In this document: piece after piece, positions 9,763 through 17,916 of the stretch
Layout of the letters: each line of letters begins with the position of its first letter
Position numbering within the stretch: position 1 is the first letter of the stretch
Origin: Dehalococcoidia bacterium
GTDB taxonomy: Bacteria; Chloroflexota; Dehalococcoidia; SM23-28-2
Length of the DNA stretch: 64,000 nt
Assembly: GCA_034429995.1 (NCBI GenBank)
Contig: DAOUEZ010000007.1
Coordinates: 9,362 to 73,361, forward strand
Direction: 5' to 3'
Notes under the pieces: generated by a model
What the model saw: only the letters and a program-made list of their open reading frames with translations
What the model was told of the DNA's origin: nothing
Database searches by the model: none
Position numbers and translations under genes: made by a program

Positions 9763-10059
9763 ATGCCCGAGTTCCTCAATCCCTTCCCCGGCATGGTGCC
9801 CGCTCGCAAGCTCACCCTCGAAGAGCTGGTCCGTGCCATCCGCCTGGACCTCGCCGCCGAGCACGAGGCGGTTCACCTATACATGGCCCACGCCGAGGCC
9901 ACCGATCACCCTCTGGCCAAGAAGGTCCTCATTGACATCGCCAACGAAGAGCGGGTCCATGCCGGCGAATTCGCCCGCCTAATCAGCATCCTGACGGGGG
10001 ATGAGGACAAACTCCTGGCGGAGGGTGCCGAAGAGGTGGACGAGATGGCTGAGAAATAG
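9763..10059 (+). CDS. Small ferritin-like protein (encapsulated-ferritin/rubrerythrin-like half four-helix bundle)
   Basis: MPEFLNPF...AAEHEAVHLY...IANEERVHAGEF; 98 aa; RBS GGAGGT before ATG 9763. Confidence 0.85.
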   Translation: MPEFLNPFPGMVPARKLTLEELVRAIRLDLAAEHEAVHLYMAHAEATDHPLAKKVLIDIANEERVHAGEFARLISILTGDEDKLLAEGAEEVDEMAEK

Positions 10060-10102
10060 GCCGCGGGCATCCCTGATATCATCGCCCGCTATTTGTCAGC
10101 GG

Positions 10103-10714
10103 TCAGAAGGCCATCTCTGGCTTCCAAACCTCCCAAACCTTGCCAGCCATTCTGAGGGTGTCGCTCTCTGGCGGCAAAGTAGGCTTGCCTGGCTGCCACC
10201 CGGAAGGCATCAGTTCCCCGGTGGCTTGGTGGTGCTGGAAAGCCCTCAACTGGCGTATGACTTCCGCCACGTTGCGGCCCACTGGTGGCGTTAGGATTTC
10301 CATGGCCTGGATCACTCCATCCGGATCGATAAGGAAGCGACCACGGACATCCACCCCCTTCTGCTCATCATACACTCCGTACAGGGAGCCGATCTTGCCT
10401 CCAGGATCCGAGAGCATGGGATAGGGGACACCGCCCTCCACCATTTTGGACAGCTCCACCTCTTGCCAAACCTTGTGGGAGTAGTTGCTGTCCACGCTGA
10501 CGGCAAGCACGTCCACCCCCAACTCCTGAAACTCAGCATACTTGACGGCAACTGCCGACAACTCGGTCGGTCAGACGCAGGTGAAGTCGGCAGGATAGAA
10601 GCAGAGCATTACCCACTTGCCTCGATAATCGGAGATCCTAACCTCCTTGGCCAAGCCCTCATGATACGCTTTGGCAGTGAAATCTGGCGCTTCCTGTCCC
10701 ACTCGGGCAGTCAT
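10103..10714 (-). CDS. prxU: Selenocysteine-containing peroxiredoxin (PrxU/AhpC family), in-frame UGA at 10571-10573
   Basis: ORF-track pieces 10571..10762 and 10103..10561 are in one frame. Read-through gives [14 protein letters not shown], placing UGA exactly at the peroxidatic Cys of PxxxTxxC. RBS AGGAGGTG precedes ATG 10714; 203 aa. Confidence 0.9.
10542..10561 (-). promoter_or_regulatory. Putative bacterial SECIS hairpin
   Basis: On the minus strand, TTG-T-CGGC-AGTT-GCCG-T-CAA. The loop starts 18 nt after the UGA and has G at loop position 2. Confidence 0.6.
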
Positions 10715-10755
10715 CTCCGTCACCTCCTCTTCTGCTTGCGCGCTCTCAGGATAAC

Positions 10756-11346
10756 CTACCACACCACCTCGTACAGCCGCTGCCTGCCGGGTATGCCCTT
10801 CAGTTGCCTGCGACCGGCATCCCTGAACGCCACCTCGGCCACCGAGCCGGCGAGGTCGCGCACCACTCCCGATACCAGGATCTGGCCACCTCGCGCCTTG
10901 TGGGCGATGCGCGCGGCCACACTGACGGCCGTGCCGAAGTAATCATTCTCTTCCCGAATCGACTCGCCGCTATTGAGGCCCACCCTCACCTTCATGGGCC
11001 ACTCCGGGTGTTCCCGGTTATAATCAGCGAAGGCCTTTTGGATGTCCACAGCGAAGTGCAGCGCCCTGGTTGCGCTTGGGAAAGCGGCCATGAAGCTGTC
11101 ACCCATGAACTTGATCGCCTGGCCTCCGTGGCGATCGACCCGCTCCTTAAGAATGCGATTATGATCCTGCAAAAGCTTGTGCGCGCGCTGGTCCCCCAGT
11201 TGCTGGGCAAGGGTGGTCCAGCCTTCGATGTCCGTGAACAACAGGGTGACTGTACCTTCAACAGGGGTCGGGGACAGGGCCTTGCCGCACCAGATGCAGG
11301 AGGACGAACCAGGTGGATTGTCTGCATTGCAGTAGGGACATCGCAT
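10756..11346 (-). CDS. Zinc-ribbon + class III adenylate/guanylate cyclase
   Basis: N-terminal CPYC...CIWC; cyclase motifs [16 protein letters not shown] and [13 protein letters not shown]. Confidence 0.88.
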   Translation of the reverse strand: MRCPYCNADNPPGSSSCIWCGKALSPTPVEGTVTLLFTDIEGWTTLAQQLGDQRAHKLLQDHNRILKERVDRHGGQAIKFMGDSFMAAFPSATRALHFAVDIQKAFADYNREHPEWPMKVRVGLNSGESIREENDYFGTAVSVAARIAHKARGGQILVSGVVRDLAGSVAEVAFRDAGRRQLKGIPGRQRLYEVVW

Positions 11347-11389
11347 CGATGGAAGTTCCAGGAGATCAGACGTCCGGCAGCGTGACCAC

Positions 11390-11419
11390 ATGGTAGGTTG
11401 TCGAAAGAGAGGTTGTCAA
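11390..11419 (-). promoter_or_regulatory. Putative promoter of the cyclase-prxU transcript
   Basis: Minus-strand TTGACA-N18-TACCAT; overlaps an AGGTTGTC direct repeat at 11395 and 11410. Confidence 0.45.
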
Positions 11420-11528
11420 GCGAGAATAGATCCGGGCGGCCGACGGATGTTTCAACGCTGCAGGGTGTTGGCTACAGGAAGGAGGAACGGAAGTGACAGG
11501 AGCGGAAGAAGGAGCAGAGACAAAGGGA

Positions 11529-12149
11529 ATGCCGAGGATCGGCGAGCAGGCGCCGGACTTCGAGGCGCTGACAACACATGGCCCCCTCACCATGAGCGAC
11601 CTGAGAGGCCAGTGGGTGGTTCTCTTCTCCCATCCCGCTGACTTCACGCCCGTCTGCACCACCGAGTTCGTCGCCCTCGCTCGGCACGCCGAGGAATTCG
11701 CCCAGCGCAATGTGAAGCTGGTCGGCCTGAGCATCGATAGCATCCATTCCCACCTCGCCTGGTTAAGGAACATCGAGGAGAAGTTAGGAGTCAAGATCCC
11801 CTTCCCCATCATAGCGGACGTGGACATGAAAGTTGCCAGCAAATTCGGAATGGTCCACCCAGAGGCCAGCACCACGGCCGCTGTGCGGGCCCTCTTTGTC
11901 ATCGATCCGGACGGGTTCATCCAGGCCATCGTCTACTATCCCTTGCAGACCGGCAGAAGCATCGATGAACTCCTGCGCCTCCTGGATGCCCTGCAGACTA
12001 CCCATCAGCACCACGTGGCTACGCCGGCTGACTGGCGTCCCGGAGAGAAGGTGATAGTACCCCCGCCCCTGACCGAGGAGCAGGTTGAGGAACTCCTGCG
12101 GTCAGACTACGAGAAGACCGATTTCTACCTGATGAAGAGAGACCTATAG
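11529..12149 (+). CDS. Peroxiredoxin (Prx6/1-Cys type)
   Basis: FSHPADFTPVCTTE, VRALFVIDP, TPADWRPGEKVIVPP. An alternative GTG start exists at 11493. Confidence 0.92.
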   Translation: MPRIGEQAPDFEALTTHGPLTMSDLRGQWVVLFSHPADFTPVCTTEFVALARHAEEFAQRNVKLVGLSIDSIHSHLAWLRNIEEKLGVKIPFPIIADVDMKVASKFGMVHPEASTTAAVRALFVIDPDGFIQAIVYYPLQTGRSIDELLRLLDALQTTHQHHVATPADWRPGEKVIVPPPLTEEQVEELLRSDYEKTDFYLMKRDL

Positions 12150-12296
12150 GCAGACAAGGGCTGTCCTTCCTCCGAGCCGCCGGGTGCTGCCGCCCTAGCC
12201 TTCCTTCCTGGGCAGGCACGGTGGCCCCATAGCTCACACTACTCCAGGGTGCGCACGAGTCGCCTAGCCTGCCGCAAACGATGAGGAGACTTTTCT

Positions 12297-12602
12297 TTAG
12301 AACGTCACCCTGAACCGGGTATACTGCCCGCTGGCCTCGCCCCATTGCACGTCGACGCTGTGCACCCGCGCCCCGCGCGGCCCCCCTCCGAGGTGTTCCA
12401 GCAGCCGCTCTAGGCGTTCCCGCTGGCCCTCCGCCACCACCTCCACCGAGCGCATGTCGGGCAGGTTGCGCACGTAGCCCGTCAGACCCAGGGATATCGC
12501 CCGCCCATAGACGAAGTCGCGGAAGTTCACACCCTGGACGCGGCCCGTCACGATGGCATGCAGCGAGACGACGGCTGTGGGGGATTCAGGGGCTTCGCTC
12601 AT
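12297..12602 (-). CDS. acyP: Acylphosphatase
   Basis: GRVQGVNFR...[11 protein letters not shown]. Confidence 0.93.
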   Translation of the reverse strand: MSEAPESPTAVVSLHAIVTGRVQGVNFRDFVYGRAISLGLTGYVRNLPDMRSVEVVAEGQRERLERLLEHLGGGPRGARVHSVDVQWGEASGQYTRFRVTF

Positions 12603-12606
12603 GGCC

Positions 12607-14319
12607 CTACGCTGACAGCAGCTCGTCTACCACCTCTTCAGCCAGCTCAGGCGGCACATCGTGGCGGATGACCGGCCGGCCGATGCCCTCCAGCAGCACC
12701 CAGCGGATGGCGCCACCCTTGACCTTCTTGTCCAGGGCCATGGCAGCCAGCACCTTCGCGGGGTCGAGCCCGCTCGCTCGCAGGGGGAGACCGAACCTGG
12801 CGATGAGGGCGTCCTGTCGCTCGCCTACCTCGGGCGGAAGCAGGCCGAGGCGGCGGGCGATGCGAGCGGCACCGGCCATGCCCACAGCCACCGCCTCGCC
12901 GTGAAGCATGCCGGCGTATTCAGCGGCCGCCTCCAGGCCGTGGCCGATGGTGTGGCCGTAGTTGAGGATGGTGCGCCGGCCTGTCTCCTCCCGTTCGTCC
13001 TCGCTGACCACCGCTGCCTTGAGGGCGATGCTGCGACTGATAACCTCGGTGGTCACCGCCGGCTCCAGGCCCACGATGGCGTCGGCGTTCTCCTCCAGCA
13101 GGCGCAGGAGCTCCTCGTCCATGATCAGGGCGTGCTTGATGACCTCCGCCCAGCCGGCGCTAAGCTCTCGCGGCGGCAGGCTCTGGAGGGTCGACACATC
13201 GGCCAGCACCAGGCGGGGCTGATAGAAGGCACCGATGAGGTTCTTGGCCTCCTTGTGGTTCACTGCTACCTTACCGCCGATGGCGGCGTCCACCATAGCC
13301 AGGAGGCTGGTGGGCACGTGCACCAGCGGCAGGCCGCGCACAAAGGTGGCGGCCACGAAGCCGGCCAGGTCGCAGACCATGCCACCACCCAGGGCAGCGA
13401 TGGCCTCGCCCCGCTCCGCTCGCTCGGCGACCAGCCAATCGTAGATGGCGGCGGCTGTCTCCAGGCTCTTGCTGGTCTCACCGACCGGAACCACGTGCGA
13501 GGCTACCCTGAATCCCGCCGTCCGCAGGGCCTCGCCGGCGGCGGCACCCCAGCGGGCATGCACCATGCTGTCGCTGATGAGATAGGCGCGGCCAGCGAGC
13601 TCAGCATCGGCCATGCGCCGGCCCAGGTCTGCAAGGGCCCCCCAGGAGACGAACACAGGATAGGTGGCGCTGCTGGTCCGCACCACACAGGCAGCTCCTG
13701 GCGGCTGACAGTAGGGAGCGTCCGCCTCGCGGGCCGAGGGAGCAGCCGCCAGGGCAGCCACTCTACCCTCGTCCATGAGGGCAGGCGAGGAGAGCTGTCG
13801 CCAGGCGTGGACGACCTCGGCGGCCACTTGCTCCATGGTGAAGCCGTCGGTGTGGACGGTGTGGTCGGCCAGGGCGTAGTAGGGCTGGCGAAAGCTCTTG
13901 AGCTCACGTATGCGCCGCAGGGGATCCGGGTCAGTCAGAAGGGGGCGGGCAACCGGGTTGCTATCTAGCTGCGGTCGTAGGCGCTCCAGGATGGTCTCCG
14001 GCCTGGCTTCCAGACAGACGATGAAGCCGCCCTGGGCCATGAGGCGGCGATTCTCAGCGTCTAGGATGGCACCTCCGCCAGCAGCGATGACCATCCTGGG
14101 GTGGGAGCAGAACTGGCGCAGGATGTCGTGCTCCAGCGTCCGAAAGTGGTTTTCGCCGTGGTCGCGAAAGATGGCCGGGATGGGCTTGCCGGCCGCCTCC
14201 ACGATAGCGTCGTCACTGTCGATGGCCTGCCAGCCCAGGCGCTCGGCCACCAGGCGGGCCACCTCGGTCTTGCCTGTGCCCGAAAAGCCGGTGAGGATGA
14301 TGCGCTGAGCTCGTGCCAT
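12607..14319 (-). CDS. aroKB: Shikimate kinase / 3-dehydroquinate synthase fusion
   Basis: N-terminal GFSGTGKT P-loop with GGGA and RPLL; C-terminal [26 protein letters not shown] and LNYGHTIGH. Confidence 0.94.
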   Translation of the reverse strand: MARAQRIILTGFSGTGKTEVARLVAERLGWQAIDSDDAIVEAAGKPIPAIFRDHGENHFRTLEHDILRQFCSHPRMVIAAGGGAILDAENRRLMAQGGFIVCLEARPETILERLRPQLDSNPVARPLLTDPDPLRRIRELKSFRQPYYALADHTVHTDGFTMEQVAAEVVHAWRQLSSPALMDEGRVAALAAAPSAREADAPYCQPPGAACVVRTSSATYPVFVSWGALADLGRRMADAELAGRAYLISDSMVHARWGAAAGEALRTAGFRVASHVVPVGETSKSLETAAAIYDWLVAERAERGEAIAALGGGMVCDLAGFVAATFVRGLPLVHVPTSLLAMVDAAIGGKVAVNHKEAKNLIGAFYQPRLVLADVSTLQSLPPRELSAGWAEVIKHALIMDEELLRLLEENADAIVGLEPAVTTEVISRSIALKAAVVSEDEREETGRRTILNYGHTIGHGLEAAAEYAGMLHGEAVAVGMAGAARIARRLGLLPPEVGERQDALIARFGLPLRASGLDPAKVLAAMALDKKVKGGAIRWVLLEGIGRPVIRHDVPPELAEEVVDELLSA

Positions 14320-14348
14320 TGCCTACAGCCGAAGAGCTCTGATAGCTC

Positions 14349-15512
14349 CTAGCTCCTCCGTGGGTCGATGGTCTTGAGATAACCCTGATAGTTGCGCTTG
14401 GTCTCGTCCATGTGATCGCCGCCAAATTTCTGAAGCATCGCCTCCGTCAGGACGATGACCACCATCGCCTCGCCGATGACGCCGGCAGCGGGCACCACAC
14501 AGACGTCGCTACGCTCGTAGTGCGCCTCGATGGCCTCGCCGGTGGCCAGGTCAGCCGAGGGCAGGGGCTTGGCCAGGGTGGAGGGCGGCTTGAGGACCGC
14601 CCGCAGGACGATCGGCTCGCCGTTGGTCATGCCTCCCTCCAGGCCGCCGGCCCGATTGGTGGCCCGCTGCCAGGGCTGGTCGCCCCACTGGTCGGCGGGC
14701 AGGATGACGTCGTGGGCCTGAGAGCCCGGCAGGCGAGCGAGGGCGAAGCCGCCGCCGATCCCCACTCCCTTGACGGCGTGGATGCTCATGACTGCCTGAG
14801 CCAGGCGTCCGTCCAGCTTGCGGTCCCAGTGGACGTGACTGCCCAGGCCGATGGGCGCCCCTGTGGCCCACACCTCGAAGATGCCGCCCAGGCTGTCGCC
14901 GGCCTCGCGGGCAACGTCGATGGCCCGAACCATGCGCTCCGAGACCTGGCGGTCGGCGCAGCGCACCGGCGATGCCTCTACCAGGACCCAGTCGGGCTCG
15001 CCCTGCCCCTCGACTCTCACCTCGCCGATGGCTAGCGTGTAGCTATGAACAGCGATGCCGAATTCCTCCAGAAAGCGGCGGGCGACAGCGCCTACGGCTA
15101 CCCGTGCCGCCGTCTCGCGGGCGCTGGCGCGCTCCAGGATGGAGCGCACGTCGTCCTGCCCGTACTTGATGGCGCCGGGCAGGTCAGCATGGCCCGGGCG
15201 GAGGCGGGTCAGCTTCTCGGTCGCCTCTGCCGCTGGATCCACCTGCATTACGTCCTGCCAATTCTGCCAATCGCGATTGCGGATCACGAGGCTCAGGGGG
15301 CTGCCCAGGGTCAGGCCATGGCGCACGCCGGAGAGGATCTCCGCCCGGTCCTCCTCGATCTGCTGGCGCTGACTGCGACCGTAGCCCCCCTGGCGGCGGC
15401 GCAGGTCGAGGGCAATGTAGTCCTCGCTGAGGGGCAAGCCCGCGGGCAGCCCCTCAATGATGACCGTCAGGGCTTTGCCATGTGATTCGCCGGCGGTGAG
15501 AAAGCGGAACAT
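14349..15512 (-). CDS. aroC: Chorismate synthase
   Basis: MFRFLTAGESHGK, RPGHADL, ERASARETAARV, ERSDVC. Confidence 0.97.
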   Translation of the reverse strand: MFRFLTAGESHGKALTVIIEGLPAGLPLSEDYIALDLRRRQGGYGRSQRQQIEEDRAEILSGVRHGLTLGSPLSLVIRNRDWQNWQDVMQVDPAAEATEKLTRLRPGHADLPGAIKYGQDDVRSILERASARETAARVAVGAVARRFLEEFGIAVHSYTLAIGEVRVEGQGEPDWVLVEASPVRCADRQVSERMVRAIDVAREAGDSLGGIFEVWATGAPIGLGSHVHWDRKLDGRLAQAVMSIHAVKGVGIGGGFALARLPGSQAHDVILPADQWGDQPWQRATNRAGGLEGGMTNGEPIVLRAVLKPPSTLAKPLPSADLATGEAIEAHYERSDVCVVPAAGVIGEAMVVIVLTEAMLQKFGGDHMDETKRNYQGYLKTIDPRRS

Positions 15513-15519
15513 GGCTTGC

Positions 15520-16392
15520 CTACCCGTCACTGCCCTTGGTCGCCGTCGGCGCGAGTGCTTCCCGTGCCGCTTTGAACATTACGTCGAGCGGCGCCTGCGC
15601 CCCCGTCCACAGCTCGAAGGAGGCTGCCCCCTGATACACAAGCATCGAGAGACCACCGAGGATACGAGCACCTCGTCTCTCAGCTTCCACCAGCAACCTC
15701 GTCTCCAGAGGGTTGTAGATTATGTCGAACACTAATACCCCCACAGGAATGAGTTCGGAGGCGATCGGTAAGTCGTGCTCCTCCTTGCTGTGCCGCATCC
15801 CTATCGGCGTACAGTTTACCAGAAGCTGACAGCCTGCGACGGCCGCGGCCAGGCTATCCCTGGTGGCGGACACATTGCGAAGCACGGTTTTGCCCTGGTG
15901 GCCGAGGTCCTCCACCAGCCGTTCCGCTCTCTCCGGTACGACGTCGCTGACGGCGACGGAGGCGGCTTTGCCCTGCACGAGGGCCATGGTGGCGGCCCGA
16001 CCTGCCCCGCCCGCCCCCAGGAGGACGACCTGCGCGCCGCTGGGGTCGAAGCCACCCTCCTCCCGCAGAGCGCGGGCGAAGCCGGTCATGTCGGTGTTGT
16101 AGCCGCAGAGGCGGCCATCGCGATTGACGATGGTGTTGACGGCGCCGATACGACCGGCCAGGGGGTCGATTTCGTCCAGCAGGGGGATGACGAGTTCTTT
16201 GTAGGGCACGGTGACATTGGCCCCCAGGCAGTCAGGGCGGCGCATTCCTGCCACGCGCTTGGCCAGGGCGTCGCGCTCTGTCTCCCAGAGCTCGTAGCGG
16301 GCGTCGAGGCCAACGTGATCCAGGGCCGCCTGCTGGAAGACGGGCGATATGGAGTGAGCTAGGGGCTTGCCGATCAGGCCGATGATTTTCAC
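15520..16392 (-). CDS. aroE: Shikimate dehydrogenase
   Basis: HSISP, GANVTVPYK, GAVNTI, NTD, GAGGAGRA. Confidence 0.96.
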   Translation of the reverse strand: MKIIGLIGKPLAHSISPVFQQAALDHVGLDARYELWETERDALAKRVAGMRRPDCLGANVTVPYKELVIPLLDEIDPLAGRIGAVNTIVNRDGRLCGYNTDMTGFARALREEGGFDPSGAQVVLLGAGGAGRAATMALVQGKAASVAVSDVVPERAERLVEDLGHQGKTVLRNVSATRDSLAAAVAGCQLLVNCTPIGMRHSKEEHDLPIASELIPVGVLVFDIIYNPLETRLLVEAERRGARILGGLSMLVYQGAASFELWTGAQAPLDVMFKAAREALAPTATKGSDG

Positions 16393-16400
16393 TGGCGCTA

Positions 16401-17459
16401 CTACCTACCGCCGTACTGCTCGATGTTGCGCAGGTGCTCTTCCAGCGTCTCGGCGAAGACGTGGCTGCCGTCGGCGCGGGCCACGAAGTAGAGATAGTCC
16501 GTCTGCTCAGGCCTGATCACCCCCCGGATGGAATCGAGGCCGGGGTTGCAGATGGGCCCCCGCGGCAGGCCGGTGTTGCGATAGGTGTTGTAGGGCGAAT
16601 CCACCTCGAGGTCGGCCTGGGTCAGCTTCTCCTTCCAGTAGCCGTAGTTGGCAACGCTTTGGGGGTCGTTGCCCAGGGCGTACTGCACCGTGGGGTCGGC
16701 CTCCAGAGGCATGCCCCGACGCAGGCGCTTGAGGAAGACGCCAGCGATGATCGGCCGCTCGTCGGGGACCTGCGCCTCCCGTTCGACGATGGAGGCCAGG
16801 GTGAGCACCGTGTGCACCGACAGGCCGGCGACGGCCGCTTCGTCACGCAGGTCGCTGTCGACGCGCTGGTCGAAGTTCTCCAGGATCTGCTGAACGACCT
16901 CCTCCGCTGTCATATTGCGACTGAAGAAGTAGGTATCAGGGAAGAGATAGCCCTCCAGGTTGGCCCAGTAGGGCTTGGTGTACAGGAAGCTGAACTCGTA
17001 CCACCTCTCGATGGCCTCGAGGAAGTCCTCGCCGGAGACCACCTTCTTGTCTTCCATGAGCTCGGCGATCTCCTCCGCCCGCAGCCCTTCGCGGATGGTG
17101 ACCACCAGGGGAGCGGTCTGCCCGCTGCGAATGCGCTCTATCACCTCGAGGGTGGGCATCCCCTTCTCGAACTCGTAGTCGCCAGCCATCAGCTTATCCT
17201 CATAGCCTTGCAGGGCCACCAGCACCCGGAAGAGGAGGCCGCTGGAAATGATGCCTTCGTCTTCCAGCTTGTCGGCCACCTCTTGAGCGCTCTGGCCTTC
17301 CTGGATGGTGATAACGAGGGGCTCGCCCGGCGTGGATGTCGGTGGAACCGTCGGCGGCTCTTCCTTCAGGACCGATCCCGGGGTCTCCGTGATCTGCCAG
17401 ATGCCGATGCCCACCATGACGATGGCGAGCAGGATTCCGGCCAGAGGGAGGAAACGCAT
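16401..17459 (-). CDS. mltG: Endolytic transglycosylase MltG
   Basis: N-terminal TM segment, LEGYLFPDTY, LASIVERE, LEADPTVQY, SPYNTY. Confidence 0.95.
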   Translation of the reverse strand: MRFLPLAGILLAIVMVGIGIWQITETPGSVLKEEPPTVPPTSTPGEPLVITIQEGQSAQEVADKLEDEGIISSGLLFRVLVALQGYEDKLMAGDYEFEKGMPTLEVIERIRSGQTAPLVVTIREGLRAEEIAELMEDKKVVSGEDFLEAIERWYEFSFLYTKPYWANLEGYLFPDTYFFSRNMTAEEVVQQILENFDQRVDSDLRDEAAVAGLSVHTVLTLASIVEREAQVPDERPIIAGVFLKRLRRGMPLEADPTVQYALGNDPQSVANYGYWKEKLTQADLEVDSPYNTYRNTGLPRGPICNPGLDSIRGVIRPEQTDYLYFVARADGSHVFAETLEEHLRNIEQYGGR

Positions 17460-17462
17460 TCT

Positions 17463-17897
17463 CTATGACTCAACAGGGGATGATGGGCTGGCCTGCGCGT
17501 CCAGGTAGCTCTGGAGAACGATGGCGGCGGCTGCGGCATCCCGCCTGGCCTTGGCCTTCGGCCCCCTGTGGCCGGCGCTGGCCAGGCGCCGCTGGGCCTC
17601 GACGGTAGACAGGCGCTCGTCCCAGTATTCGATCGGCAGCGATAAGCGAGCCGAAAGCTCCTGGCCGAAGGCCTTCACAGCCTGCGCCTGGGGGCCGAGG
17701 GAGCCGTTCAAAGAGATGGGCAGGCCGACCACGACGGCTTCCGCTCCTTGCTCCTGCACCAGACCAGCGATGGCATCGAGGTCGGCGGGCAACTCCCTAC
17801 GCTCTACCACCGCGACGGGCAGGGCGACTCGCACGCTCTCGTCGACCACGGCAACGCCGATGCGCCGCTCGCCTACATCCAGCCCTAGGATACGCAT
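17463..17897 (-). CDS. ruvX: RuvX/YqgF family pre-16S rRNA nuclease
   Basis: LGLDVGERRIGVAV, WDERLST, DAAAAAIVLQSYL. Confidence 0.95.
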   Translation of the reverse strand: MRILGLDVGERRIGVAVVDESVRVALPVAVVERRELPADLDAIAGLVQEQGAEAVVVGLPISLNGSLGPQAQAVKAFGQELSARLSLPIEYWDERLSTVEAQRRLASAGHRGPKAKARRDAAAAAIVLQSYLDAQASPSSPVES

Positions 17898-17916
17898 GAC
17901 AGCTAGCTCTTCTTCG

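Noticed and set aside
10571-10573. prxU as a nonsense pseudogene
   Set aside because: The stop is UGA exactly at the catalytic Cys position, with a SECIS-like hairpin and no other lesions, so Sec recoding is the better explanation.
12607-14319. AroK-AroB fusion as a novelty
   Set aside because: This fusion is already known from several bacterial groups.
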